Positions 52,426 to 64,000 of a DNA stretch of 64,000 bases are shown piece after piece. The stretch is from Gordius albopunctatus. Taxonomy: Eukaryota. Under the pieces are notes generated by a model, which saw nothing but the letters and a program-made list of their open reading frames with translations, was not told the DNA's origin and searched no databases. The position numbers and the translations under genes are program-made. Where the stretch lies: contig OZ193909.1 of NCBI GenBank assembly GCA_964276515.1, positions 6,572,001 to 6,636,000 of the forward strand, given 5' to 3'. The stretch's first letter is position 1. The number at the start of each line of letters is the position of its first letter.

Positions 52426-54821
52426 TTAATTGCTATGCAATTTATGGGCTCGTTTTTGGTTGTCCGTCCGTCCGTCCGTCTACCAAGTTATTTACACCAG
52501 CTTCCCGACCTGGAGGTTGCGGGTTCGAGACCCGGAGAGGACAAAATTTTTTTTTTTTTTTAAATTAAATTAATATTTTTTTCTTGTTAATACCATTGAT
52601 AATATGACTTTTTGACCGTCCGCTGGCTACTGACCAATGAAAAAATGACCACTGGCCAGATAAATCGAAATTTTTAATTTTTCGTTTTTGAATAGTTTAA
52701 CATTGATAATTACCCTATGCCGTCCCCTACAAGGGCCTATGGCTCTATTTATATGGTTCCCTGTTCCCCTCCAAAGGCTTATGCCTCTATTTAATGTGGG
52801 TTTGAATCCCGGCGAACGTTCTAAATTGATGGTTCGAGACCCGGAGAGGACAAAAATTTTTATTTTTTTTTAAATTAAATTAATATATTGTTCTTGTTAA
52901 TACCATTGATAATATGAATTTTTGACCGTCCGCAGGCTACTGACCAATGAAAAAATGACCACTTGCCAGATAAATCGAAATTTTTAATTTTTCGTTTTTG
53001 AATAGTTTAACATTGATAATTACCCTATGCCCTCCCCTACAAGGGCCTATGGCTCTATTTATATGGTTCCCTGTTCCCCTCCAAAGGCTTATGCCTCTAT
53101 TTAATGTGGGTTCGAATCCCGGAGAGGGCAAAATTTTTATTTTTTTAATTAATTTAATATTTTGTTCTTGTTAATACCATTGATAATATGACTTTTTGAC
53201 CGTCCGCTGGCTACTGACCAATGAAAAAATGAACATTGGCCAAATAAATCCTAATTTTTCGTTTTTCCTTTTTGAATAAGTTAACATTGATAATTGAAAA
53301 AAATTACCATTGGCCAAATAAATCAAAATTTTTTGTTCGTTTTTGAATAGGTTAACATTGATAATTACCCTATACTTTTTAATAATTGCTATGCAATTTA
53401 TCTAGTTTTTGGGTTTCAATCCCGGAGTTTTTTTTGACTCTTATGATTGTTCTTGTTACTATCAATGATAATAAGACTTTTTGGCCGTCCGCTGGCTGGT
53501 GACCAATGAAAAAAATGACCATTGGCCAAAATGTGTATCCGAGTTTATTTTTTCGTTTTTTTTGAATATTATGATTGTTCCTGTTCCTACCATTGCTATT
53601 ATGACTTTTTGGCCGTCCGCTGGCTGCTGACCAATGGAATAAAATGACCATTGGCCAAAATGTGATTCGAAAATTTTTTTTTCGTTTTTTTTTGACTGTT
53701 ATGAATTTATATCCACTTTTACTGTGTCCTGGCTGCTGACCAATGGAAAAAAATGACCATTGGCCAAAATGTGAATCGAAATTATTTTTTCCGTATTTTT
53801 TGACTATTATGATTGTTCCTGTTCCTACCATTGCTATTATGACTTTTTGGCCGTCCGCTGGCTGCTGACGAATGGAATAAAATGACCATTGGCCAAAATG
53901 TGATTCGAAAACTTTTTTTTTCGTTTTTTTTTTACTCTTATGAATTTATATTCACTTTTACCGTGTCCTGGCTGCTGACCAATGGAAAAAAATGACCATT
54001 GGCCAAAATGTGTATCCAAGTTTATTTTTTCGTTTTTTTTGAATATTATGATTGTTCCTGTTCCTACCATTGCTATTATGACTTTTTGGCCGTCCGCTGG
54101 CTGCTGACCAATGGAATAAAATGACCATTGGCCAAAATGTGATTCGAAAATTTTTTTTTCGTTTTTTTTTGACTGTTATGAATTTATATCCACTTTTACC
54201 GTGTCCTGGCTGCTGACCAATGGAAAAAAATGACCATTGGCCAAAATGTGAATCGAAATTATTTTTTCCGTTTTTTTTGACTATTATGATTGTTCCTGTT
54301 CCTACCATTGCTATTATGACTTTTTGGCCGTCCGCTGGCTGCTGACCAATGGAATAAAATAACCATTGGCCAAAATGTGATTCGAAAACTTTTTTTTCGT
54401 TTTTTTTGACTATTATGAATTTATATCCACTTTTACCGTGTCCTGGCTGCTGACCAATGGAAAAAATGACCTTTGGCCAAAATGTGATTCGAAAATTTTT
54501 TTTTCGTTTTTTTTTGACTATTATGATTGTTCCTGTTCCTACCATTGCTATTATGACTTTTTGGTAATACAACTCCCGTAGAATTTAACTAACCATAAAG
54601 CTTCCCCTTCGCTCCCTCTCTCCCCCTTTATGATATTTGGCATATACACTTATTTAGTGCTTCCAACCTTCGTTTTGCAATATTCACGTAAGTATTTCCA
54701 TAAATTGCATAGCAAATATGATACATTTATACGGAGTGTAGATGAGTTCCCCCTTCCTTCCCCTCCTCCCCTTCCCCCTTCCCTCCCCTTCCCCCTTCCC
54801 ACGAGGGCCGAAGGCCCGAGT
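52426..54821 (+). mobile_element. DINE-1/HINE-like non-autonomous Helentron with central tandem repeats
   Basis: Subterminal inverted repeats TTGCTATGCAATTTATG (52430-52446) and CATAAATTGCATAGCAA (54699-54715), (GTCC)n microsatellite 52462-52480, 3' hairpin GGGCC-GAA-GGCCC 54805-54817. No TSD; removing it restores the CRE frame ...EQNIK|SILQSILN. Confidence 0.85.
53480..54565. repeat. Minisatellite of alternating ~129/~110-bp monomers inside the HINE
   Basis: The motif AATGACCATTGGCCAAAATGTG recurs near 53513, 53643, 53752, 53881, 53991, 54119, 54230, 54359 and 54465. Confidence 0.9.
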
Positions 54822-55140
54822 TCTATTTTACAATCTATTTTGAATATAAAATTCAATACTCATAGCTGGTTACAAGCTTCCCTACCAACCAAATCGGGTG
54901 GTTTAGGGATTCGCTCACCTGGCGCAACATCTCTAGTCTCGTTTATTCATCTTACAAATCCGCACAAGATACCATTTTTAATTTATATCCGGTTAAAGAA
55001 GACCCGCTTTTACCCATTGCTTTAGCTATTTGGGAAAAAAATACCAATCCCGGAACACCTTTGCACAAATCTCACGACAAAGATATTGGGATGACGGACT
55101 TGTTTTGCGCTCCGTTGATTATCTAATTTCGAGTAGCGAT

Positions 55141-56877
55141 TAGTGTTTCGATATCGTCTCGTCTCGGTCTCCAAAACAAAATCTCGTCTCGTCTCGGCAG
55201 CAATTATGAAAATCTCGATCTCGTCTCGTCTCGGTCTAGAAAAATCTCGATCTCGTCTCGTCTCGACTTTTAAAAAAATATATACGGAATAAAAATTTCT
55301 CCTGTTTTTTTAAAAATATTAAATAAGTTTTAAAAAATTAAGATGGCAAATTTTTGTATTTTTTGATAAACTTTAATACAAAAACTTTTTAAAGATTTAG
55401 CGGGACACGACATCTCATTGACAATATAAAGATATGAATTCATTCAAAAAATTAACATTTTCTACGGAAAGTGCAGACTAAAAAACTATAAATAAATTTG
55501 AAGTATAGAAAATTTAATTTTATTGTTCTAGCAAATTATAAAGTTTGTATCAAATCACCGTGTTTGTCAACTATATAGACTTAGAAAATAATAATTTCAG
55601 TTATAGTTAACTTAGTTGCACAATTTAGCAAATTGAGACCCTTTATTAACCCTGGGTAAAGCTTCAAAGTAGACCTTAACATATTTAAGGCAAACATTTA
55701 AGTCCATTAATACCATTATTAATTATAGCCCATAGTGTTTATTGCATGTTTACTATAGCGTTATAAACCACAATGTGCGAGTGACTTTTAATGGATAATA
55801 TTATTGTTAAAAATAAAGATACTAATAAATATCATGATAAAGATTTATTAAGGGCCAGGGGATGGGACATACAGTATATATAAAACAAAGTTTTTAAGAG
55901 AAAAGAAAATAAAAAGATTAAAACATATGTTAATTACCAACTCGGATTTTGGCTTACAATATTAAACTATATATCTATAGCAATAATATAATCTGTAGAC
56001 AATGATATACAAATATACGTATTCACATATACGACAATTATTATTTACAGAATTGATAATTAGATGCACATATAAAAACGGGTAACAATAAAAGCAGCAT
56101 TATTATAGGATTAGGAATATGAGGTTTTAAACTCTAAATTGCACGTATTTAAATTTATGACAAAAATCATTAAAATCAAATTTATATTCCAAATAATTAT
56201 CTTCCAATTCTAACTAACTTTGACATTAAATAGTTATTTATCGAATATAGTTGAAGCATAAAACTTCTATAAAACTCATGCTTTAGATTTAATCTATTAC
56301 GGTGTCATTAAATAATCTATTGTACTTTTGAAATCGTTAAGCGGGTGCTAAAAAATCTCGAGCCACCTTAGCTTAACTAGTTTAATTATTCAAACTGATT
56401 GACCACCAATTTATAATTACCGCATTATGCAGGATGAATAACTGCGAAATATAAATATGCTTTATTTATATTTACTATTCAATCAGAACTCATTCTAAGC
56501 TTATAAATTTGTAATATTTAATAATGCTATGGATTTAAATATGTGATAAAAATATTATAAAATTATTCACATACCCTAAGGGTCAACCATACTTAGGTAA
56601 ATCCTGCAAAAAATATAATATTTACAGGAATTTTTTTAATGTCAAATATATTCCATACGTATTAATTTAAACTTAATACCTAAAATGTAAATCATGCAAA
56701 TTAAAATACACAAAAATTTACTAAAATATAACGATAAAAAAGTCGAGATCTCGCCGATAAAATCTCGTCTCGATCTCGACTCCATCTTTTGAATTCTCGT
56801 CTCGTCTCGTCTCGGTTTTTCGAGACGATACCGAGACGAGACGAGACCGAGATTTTTCTCGGTTTTCCGCATCACTA
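55141..56877. mobile_element. Non-autonomous hAT-type element with (CGAGA)n subterminal repeats
   Basis: 8-bp TSD GTAGCGAT at 55133-55140 and 56878-56885; termini TAGTG...CACTA; dense TCTCG/CGAGA repeats at both ends. Confidence 0.9.
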
Positions 56878-58433
56878 GTAGCGATGCAAGTGAGTGTCCT
56901 AATTTAAGGTCGTTTTTGTTGGATGGCTCAGGTCACGAATGGCTATAGGTCTATCCAAGCTGTCTCACCGGGATGATGCTGGAGGACTCGGAACTTTCGT
57001 ACTCCATAGCTCTCACGCTAGGGGTAAAATTTTTGAAGCCATTTATTCCCGAAATGGCAGCATACTCGTAGACGAACAAGCCAGACATCCCTTACACTGC
57101 CTGGCAAACAAATTCAAATATGTTAGACGCAATAAGGCCAATGCCTTAGTTCAAAGTGCACTAAAGAGAGTGAAGATCCCATCCATCTTGGAGCCATCGG
57201 ATCCCTCCTTGGAGGGACCTATGAGTCCTGATGGTTCTTCTTTAGTCCCATGGAGCAATGGTCTTCACCTTAAATGGGACTTCACATGTATTGACCTATT
57301 TGCTCCCTCTAACTACAACAATGATTCTTTAGCTGTCGCAGAGGGGCGAAAGACTAATAAATACAAAGCCCTATTATCCTCAAACATTTTTATTCCATTG
57401 GTTGCTTCGTGTTCAGGCACCTTTTTTTAAAGAGGTAGGAAGACGTTCTCCCCCGTCTAAAAATTCGGTATCCTTTTTACTTAAACAAAGACTTGATATT
57501 CTTATAGCCAGGTACAATTTTAAATTGTTTGCGGATTCTTGGCCAATTTTGGAAGATCCCCTCGATGATGATATATCAGAATAGTGTATTATTTTTTTTG
57601 ACGCATTTTGTCTTTTGCATATATTTTATTTATTTATATTATATTACTGTCAACGGATTTTTTACACATTAACTTTTTAATAAGGAAAAATATAATGCAA
57701 TTACCAGAACGAATTTGCAAGGGTATACCATAGTTTAAGCATAACAAATTCCTGGCAGACTCACCTAATCTATCAAGGTCATTTTGAATAGCTTAAGATG
57801 CTTTCGAAAAATTTGTTAGGCTGTACACATGTCGCTAAGAGGCTTATAAAATCTTATGAAATCGTAGTCAAATTTACACAACTATTGTGATTAGTAACCA
57901 CCAATTAATTGGATTGTTGCGAAATTCAAAAAGCTATGATCATATATACTAACTCATTTTGAGTTTGTATGTTTATATTCTAAGGTTGCAAGAATTCAAT
58001 ATACACATGAAACATGACCTAAGGGCGAGCCGTTTTGTTTAACAAGCTAAAACAATTAAATTCGAATTTTGTGCGAATATAGGTTTAATCTTTGTGAATA
58101 TTTTCCAATTTTAAATGAATATTATGAGGTTAATTTGCATTCAACATTTGAAATGTGAATCACATATACACAGCTATAATTAATATCTTATGTTTATAAA
58201 AAATATAAAATCCAAGATCTTCCTTATAACTCATATCGTTCCGTCTCGAGGTCAAGATTCTCGCCTCAATCTAGGACTAAATTTTCAAATTCTCGTCTTG
58301 TCTCCAGTCGAGATTAGACTAAGATTTTTTTTCAGATTTACCGCATCCCTACTTTTGAACCATACAGACTTTGGGGCTCTAAAGACTACATTCTTCTGAA
58401 TGTACCATTTTGATCATTTGAATTAAATTTAAA

Positions 58434-58687
58434 ATGTGTCATATGAAATTTTACATTTTCTTTGCCTTGTGTGGGCTATTATATTCGCAGAAATTAGATG
58501 TATTTGAATTATTGGATTCCATAACTGATTCTCTTGATTATTTTATTTTTAACTATAAAACGTGGAATGAAGATTTTAGGTTTACTTTAACAATCTTGGA
58601 GAGTAATAAATATATTAAGATAACTTTATCAAAACCCTAGGTGAGACAAAACGAATTCTCGATGGCTATGTAAAATCTGAGCTTGAT
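58434..58687 (+). other. Duplicated 5' part (exon 1, 38-nt intron, start of exon 2) of the C16orf89-like gene
   Basis: 58327-58687 matches 61199-61559; I found one substitution by eye (58571 A vs 61443 G). Confidence 0.95.
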
Positions 58688-61198
58688 AGCCAAATAGACC
58701 ATCTGATCTGTAGGGTAAGACATCTAAAAATAGTCAAAAACTTTCATGTAATCGTGGACCCCCTCACCGATGACGCCGACCATTGTGCAATAGCGGCTGA
58801 ACTATTGCTGAAAGCAGCCACCCTACGGGTTCCTTCGACACGCAAACCCCCCAAAATAAGGCCCCAAGGTCTGTCCCAAACCACTGAATTTAGGGACCAC
58901 CTTAAACTAAAAATCCAAAATAGCAATCTCTCCGACCTGTCGATAAACGACCACAGCATAAAAATATCTGAAATATTTACAATCCCCTTGAAGGACCAGT
59001 GTCGAATTAGAACAAAGACACGGTTTTCAGAAAAAACAATTGGGCTCCTCAAGACAAAATCTAACATCTACTGTGATAGAAATGAGTTTCCTTTCAAAAA
59101 CGCATGCTTATCCGCCCTCAGCAAGCGGATTAAATCCAGCATCAGACAAGATAAAATTGCGTTTATTAACGCAAAAACCACAGAGGCCGAAGCGGCAGCA
59201 CGTTCCAATAACAATCACCAGCTATTTACCATTCTAGATAGCCTTAACTATAACACATTCTCCAAACGAGCCTACAATAGCATAAGCACAGTTGGCGGCT
59301 CAAACGACTCCTTGGCCCAAACCAAAGCTTGGGAAGACCATTTACGTTCAATTTTATCGGCCCAGCCCTTATTCCCTGTAGTGGATATATACAGAGGATT
59401 TATCGTTAACTTCAAAGGCCCACCACCCCTCCACATTGATACGGACCCACCCTATTTATCTGAAATTGACAGAGCTATCAAGTCACTCAAATTCCACAAA
59501 GCGGCCGACCCGTCAGGCCTAACCTCGGAAGCACTCAAAGCCGACCCCCTTATCTCTAGCTCTCTTTTGCACCACTTGTTTCGGAAAGTTTGGACGAAAG
59601 AGGTAATACCGGACTCCTGGACAATAGGTCACTTGATCAAACTGTTCAAAAAAGGTGATCCATCCAATCCCAACAACTACCGGGGCGTGACTATCATTAA
59701 CCTTGAATCAAAAATATTCATCAAGGTTATTTACAATCGAATTTACAGCGAGGTGGATGAAATAATTAAAAACAATCAAACTGGTTTTAGGAAGTGCCGT
59801 ACGACGACAGAGCACATAATAACTTTAAGGAACATAATGGATATTTCACGGAGAAGCGGTTCCCCCTTGGTTCTTGTATTTTTGGACATCGCTAAAGCTT
59901 TTGATTCGCTGTGCCATCTATACATTTGGGAAGCACTATGCCTCTTAGGCTTGCCTAAGAAAATAATTCTCATGATCTTTCTACTCTACGAAAACATGAA
60001 ACTAGTTATCTCCCACCTCCACCACAAATCGGAACCCTTACCAGTAACATCTGGTGTCAGGCAAGGCTGTCCGCTGTCTCCTCTCCTCTTTATAATTGCG
60101 ATGGATCTAATAATGAAGAGATCCACACTTCCGACAGATGGTATCAAACTAAACGGCACTACTCTATCATCCCTGTTGTTCGCAGACGACATTTGTCTAG
60201 TGGCCCCTTCTATCTCCAAAGCACAACTAATGTTAGACAGGTTCAGCATCCAAGCCAAGCAAGCAGGACTGCTCATAAACCCCGACAAATGCTCTATGAT
60301 ATGCATAAACGATCCCTCGAACTCTACTCTGGTAATCAACAACATCGTAATAAATGCATCTCAAAAAGTCCGATATTTGGGAGTGGAGCTTACTCCAGAT
60401 ACCTACGCCGAAGCGGATGCCGAATCGAAGCTCCGCCGGACCATGGTCAAATTCTACTCTTGCTCGGTGATATGGCGCTCACGTCAACTGACGCTCCAGA
60501 CGCGTTTGAGGATTTTCAAAGTCACGTTCCTACCAATCCTCCTATACGGTTGCGAATCTTGGTCGCTGAAGGCTCCTAGCTTAAAGAAACTGCAAGTCAG
60601 TCTTAATAAAATGCTACGTATCGTTTGCCGGATATTTTATCCGTTGAGAATAACCAACGAGGATCTATGGGTGCGTTGCAAAATCGCTCCAATTAAAAAT
60701 ATTCTACTCGCGAGAAAATGGGGTTTTTTGGCTCATCAAGTGCGGAGGAAGGGAACCAACTACTGTCTATCTTCCCTGTTCTGGTGTCCACCTCAGCTAA
60801 AAGGTCGCAAATGCAATGGCAGCTGGCTTTACAAGGTGTTCCGCGATGTCCAAACAATGGGCCATGATTGGAATTCATTGCTGCCCATCATGCAAGACAG
60901 GAAACGTTGGAAAGACTTCTCAAAGAACAAATTATTGCGGCTCCCCCAGTAAGGATCTTCTCACACACTATTCATTTACGACCTTGCATTAAAGGCTTTA
61001 CATTACTTTCAAGTCAACAGGTATTACATATTTACATGTCATAATTACACTGCATGTTAATCATTTTTTTACAGCCTACTTACACACGTTATCACTAACG
61101 TGGCCTGATGCGCCATTTGGCGTTAGAAGGGGCTCAACCTTAGATTGCACTAACTAAGCTCTTGGGCGTCTTCGCGGCAAACTTACTTACTTACTTAC
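58688..61198 (+). mobile_element. 5'-truncated non-LTR retrotransposon (RTE-like) with uninterrupted RT ORF and (ACTT)n tail
   Basis: End of the APE endonuclease (QIDHL...DADH), RT motifs NYRGVT, QTGFRK, FLDIAKAFDS, GVRQGCPLSPLLF, LFADD, RYLG, LLYGCESW; stop at 60952; 3' UTR stem-loop; ACTT repeats at 61181-61200. Confidence 0.95.
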
Positions 61199-61305
61199 TT
61201 TTTTCAGATTTACCGCATCCCTACTTTTGAACCATACAGACTTTGGGGCTCTAAAGACTACATTCTTCTGAATGTACCATTTTGATCATTTGAATTAAAT
61301 TTAAA

Positions 61306-62266
61306 ATGTGTCATATGAAATTTTACATTTTCTTTGCCTTGTGTGGGCTATTATATTCGCAGAAATTAGATGTATTTGAATTATTGGATTCCATAACTGA
61401 TTCTCTTGATTATTTTATTTTTAACTATAAAACGTGGAATGAGGATTTTAGGTTTACTTTAACAATCTTGGAGAGTAATAAATATATTAAGATAACTTTA
61501 TCAAAACCCTAGGTGAGACAAAACGAATTCTCGATGGCTATGTAAAATCTGAGCTTGATTTTGATCTCTTGTATGTACCAGTAATTAGGAGATTTCATGG
61601 ACAAGCGCAAATTTTGTCAGAAAAAATTAAACCACATTTTATAAATGATAAAAATCCAAAAGAATTATTATTTCATCACCTTTTGTTTGATTCAAACTTG
61701 CAAACCTTTCTTTTGTATCCTCATAGAATATCAGAAAAGAAATTGATATGGTCCAATCATGGTTTAAATAATTTTATTATTATTGTTAATTGCCAAATTC
61801 CTAAAATAAATTCTTAGATCACAATGGTGTGAAACCATCAATGCTTAATGATTATTTTGTATGCATTATGGACCTTTTAACTCCTGATCTCTGTCAAAAT
61901 AAGAACTTCCTAGATAATGAGCATCATAGTGCATGTCTTAAACTTATGACCAGGCCCCCACAGTATATGACAAACAACCAATTTCCCTTTGAAATTGTTA
62001 ATATTCAACTCTTGTTTTCAATACTAGTAACTAAGGTAAAATATATTGCAAATTGTCAATTTACTCATAGAATTTACAATGATATAAATTATTTTTTTGA
62101 TATATTGAATTTACTCTTTAAAAGATTGGATGTGGTATTGTATTTGAAAGTGAACTTGGAAAATATGGGAAAAACAACTTTAATTGGCAATCTGAACTAT
62201 GTTCAAATGCTCACTATCATTGGTCAAAAAATCAAGGGGGACTTAATTCTACTCTTCTTAAAACAG
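61306..62266 (+). CDS. Secreted C16orf89/UPF0764 (DUF4735)-like protein; exons 61306-61474, 61513-61761, 61818-62035, 62125-~62266; 3' part unresolved, possibly frameshifted
   Basis: Signal-peptide-like MKFYIFFALCGLLYS. Recalled family pattern matches LDSITDSLDYF..NEDFRFTLTILE, DYFVCIMDLL..C..CLKLMTRP..QLLFSIL..IGC, LCSN. The first three introns are in phase; phases after about 62240 do not reconcile. Confidence 0.55.
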
Positions 62267-63264
62267 GTTAGTGTCTTATTTTTAATAATGAACAATTTAT
62301 TTTGCAAAACCTTTAAAAATTATGTTCAAAAAATGCCAAATTTAAACTAATTATTTGATAACAAACATGGCATGCAATTTGTTATAAAATTTGATAGCAA
62401 TCGGGATTGGGTATAGAAGTTATATTTAAATTTATAACATGTAATGGAATTATAGAGAAGGCAGAATGTTACGGATAAGCAAGACACTTTTTAATTGATG
62501 ATTCACCTGTAAACTTTTCTAATTGTTGTAAAAACTTACATCACTGTTGAATTCCTATATTATTCTTCAATTTTTAAAATTGTTTGGTAATTGAAAATTG
62601 AAGCAATAACATTGATTTAAAAAAATAAGTGTGGGACATAGCTTAACAAATTATATATGATATTAATGAAAATTTGGATATGGTAAATTTGCTTGCCTCA
62701 TCTATTTTAGGGTCAGCTTGTGTTCCCTTAGAGGCATCTTCATAGCATCCTCAATAGATTATGTCATATGCATGTGTTATCAAAAATATAGACCTGCAAA
62801 AAGCGTAAATAAGTGTTGAAAAATGTCAATTTTTAAAGGTTATATTTATTGATTGGTAAACCAGTGTAAAATGCATTATTGAATTTTTGTTATGAATTTC
62901 AAATTTTTAGCCATAACTAATAAATGTTAATATCAAAGTTATTTAGAAATAAAATTATAATTATGCATTTATCTTTTTTGCTATGATAGTGACACTATTT
63001 TAATAACGATTCCTGGGTATTAATATGGAAAACTATTTAATGCATTTTTTAAAATTCTTATTCCATCATACTTAGTAAATTAAGTTATTGAAACCACACA
63101 ACAACGTTAAATCATTAATTACCTCCTACACAACTCGAACAGGAAAATTATCAATAAATTTTATTCAGAGTCACTCGTGTTTTTAGAGGCCTGTAGGGGG
63201 TTGAAAAAACTAGTGACTTTGAAGTTTTCTACGTGTCTCTAGTTATAGTCACTTGTGTCTCTAA

Positions 63265-63623
63265 GGGCTTGTCTTAATATCGGATTCAGATTCATATCGC
63301 GCGAATCTAACTTTGTCTAAATATCCGATTCAATTTTATCGTTCAAACTCGGTTGTAATTATAAATATTTTGTTTTTTGATAGTTAAAAACGTTTTTTTT
63401 GTTTATTTCAACTCTTGAGATTAAATCTAAACTTTACTGATACCTTAAAATTTAAAAACATACAAGATTTAAGCCTAGGAAAAGTTTTGCATCCTACAAA
63501 ATCGCTGTTATGTTATGCGTCTAAAAACGAAATCTCATGTAAATCGGATATTTAGACACGGCTATGTTAAAACACGTGTGACGATTTTTGCTGCGCGTTA
63601 AAATCCGATATTAAGACAAGCCC
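63265..63623. mobile_element. PIF/Harbinger-type MITE
   Basis: TIR GGGCTTGTCTTAATATCGGATT / AATCCGATATTAAGACAAGCCC; 3-bp TAA TSD on both sides. Confidence 0.88.
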
Positions 63624-64000
63624 TAACATGCAATGTTAATGTGGATATTATTTCGCAATATTATCAACTTAACTATAAGCAACGATATGACGCGAAGTAT
63701 TAATATATAATGCGGGTAATGTGTATACTTGAGCATTTTTGTCGCGAACTAATACAATATAATGTTTTACAGGGTTTTTTAAATATTTTTTTAAATAAAT
63801 AAATAAATAAAATACTTGGAGGTGAATCTTGGTTGTAAGGACCAATTGCCTACTGCTACACTACACTTCATAAGTAAATACGGCAGAGAAACCTACTTAA
63901 GTATTATAAATGCACATCAAAAAAGATCGTAATTTAGGATGTTGGAAACAATGGTGTCTTCCCAACGAGCTCCAAAAACGGTGACAACATTAAATGCATA

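Larger units (their letters stand above)
52129..57688 (+). mobile_element. Degenerate 5'-truncated CRE-clade (restriction-like endonuclease) non-LTR retrotransposon, interrupted by two insertions
   Basis: Fragments HLGSLIG..PSHQAFYMMK, WLQASLPTKSGGLGIR, HPLHC..RRN..IPSILEP..PDG..LVPW..WDFTCID..AEGRKTNKY are typical of the CRE clade. Frameshifts and stops are present. Confidence 0.8.

Noticed and set aside
52497..52540. tRNA-Gly gene
   Set aside because: Only the 3' half is tRNA-like; there is no D-arm or acceptor stem, and it lies within a transposon.
53379..54572. Repetitive ORFs of 77-204 aa and a regularly spaced conserved motif resembling a CRISPR array
   Set aside because: The intervening sequences are themselves repeats, there are no cas genes and the context is eukaryotic; the ORFs are by-products of the HINE minisatellite.
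61100..61135. CTGATG-CGCCA-TT-TGGCG-TTAGAA in the LINE 3' UTR as a hammerhead ribozyme
   Set aside because: It lacks the CUGAUGA and GAAA core and stems I/III; better read as a 3' recognition stem-loop.
58327..61559. Direct repeats interpreted as LTRs
   Set aside because: No TG...CA ends, primer-binding site, gag or integrase; the RT is non-LTR type with a simple-repeat tail, and the repeat is host exon sequence.

Overview
AT-rich eukaryotic (metazoan, invertebrate-like) genomic DNA, not prokaryotic: spliced genes sit in a dense transposon landscape. Host genes reconstructed by hand are eIF2A (+, 13 exons, 9471-16818, with one AT-AC minor-spliceosome intron), an NRF-6-type O-acyltransferase (-, 23847-28787), mitochondrial ribosomal protein bL36m (-, 31699-32097), GAR1 (-, 45234-46422, three 37-41 nt introns) and a secreted C16orf89/UPF0764-like gene (+, from 61306, 3' part unresolved). 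Mobile DNA includes many hAT elements/MITEs with 8-bp TSDs, a pogo-like and a Harbinger-like MITE, RTE-clade LINEs, a CRE-clade LINE and two DINE-1/HINE-like elements. The most striking observations: (i) a young LINE flanked by a 361-bp duplication that fuses the host signal-peptide exon in frame to an open ~770-codon RT reading frame; (ii) a second non-LTR element with ~189-bp flanking repeats; (iii) a single-TSD RTE insertion whose inverted 5' piece comes from a different RTE subfamily, at the base of a five-level nest; (iv) a compact structured RNA at the 5' end of a near-full-length RTE. All alignments, splice calls and family assignments were made by eye without database searches.
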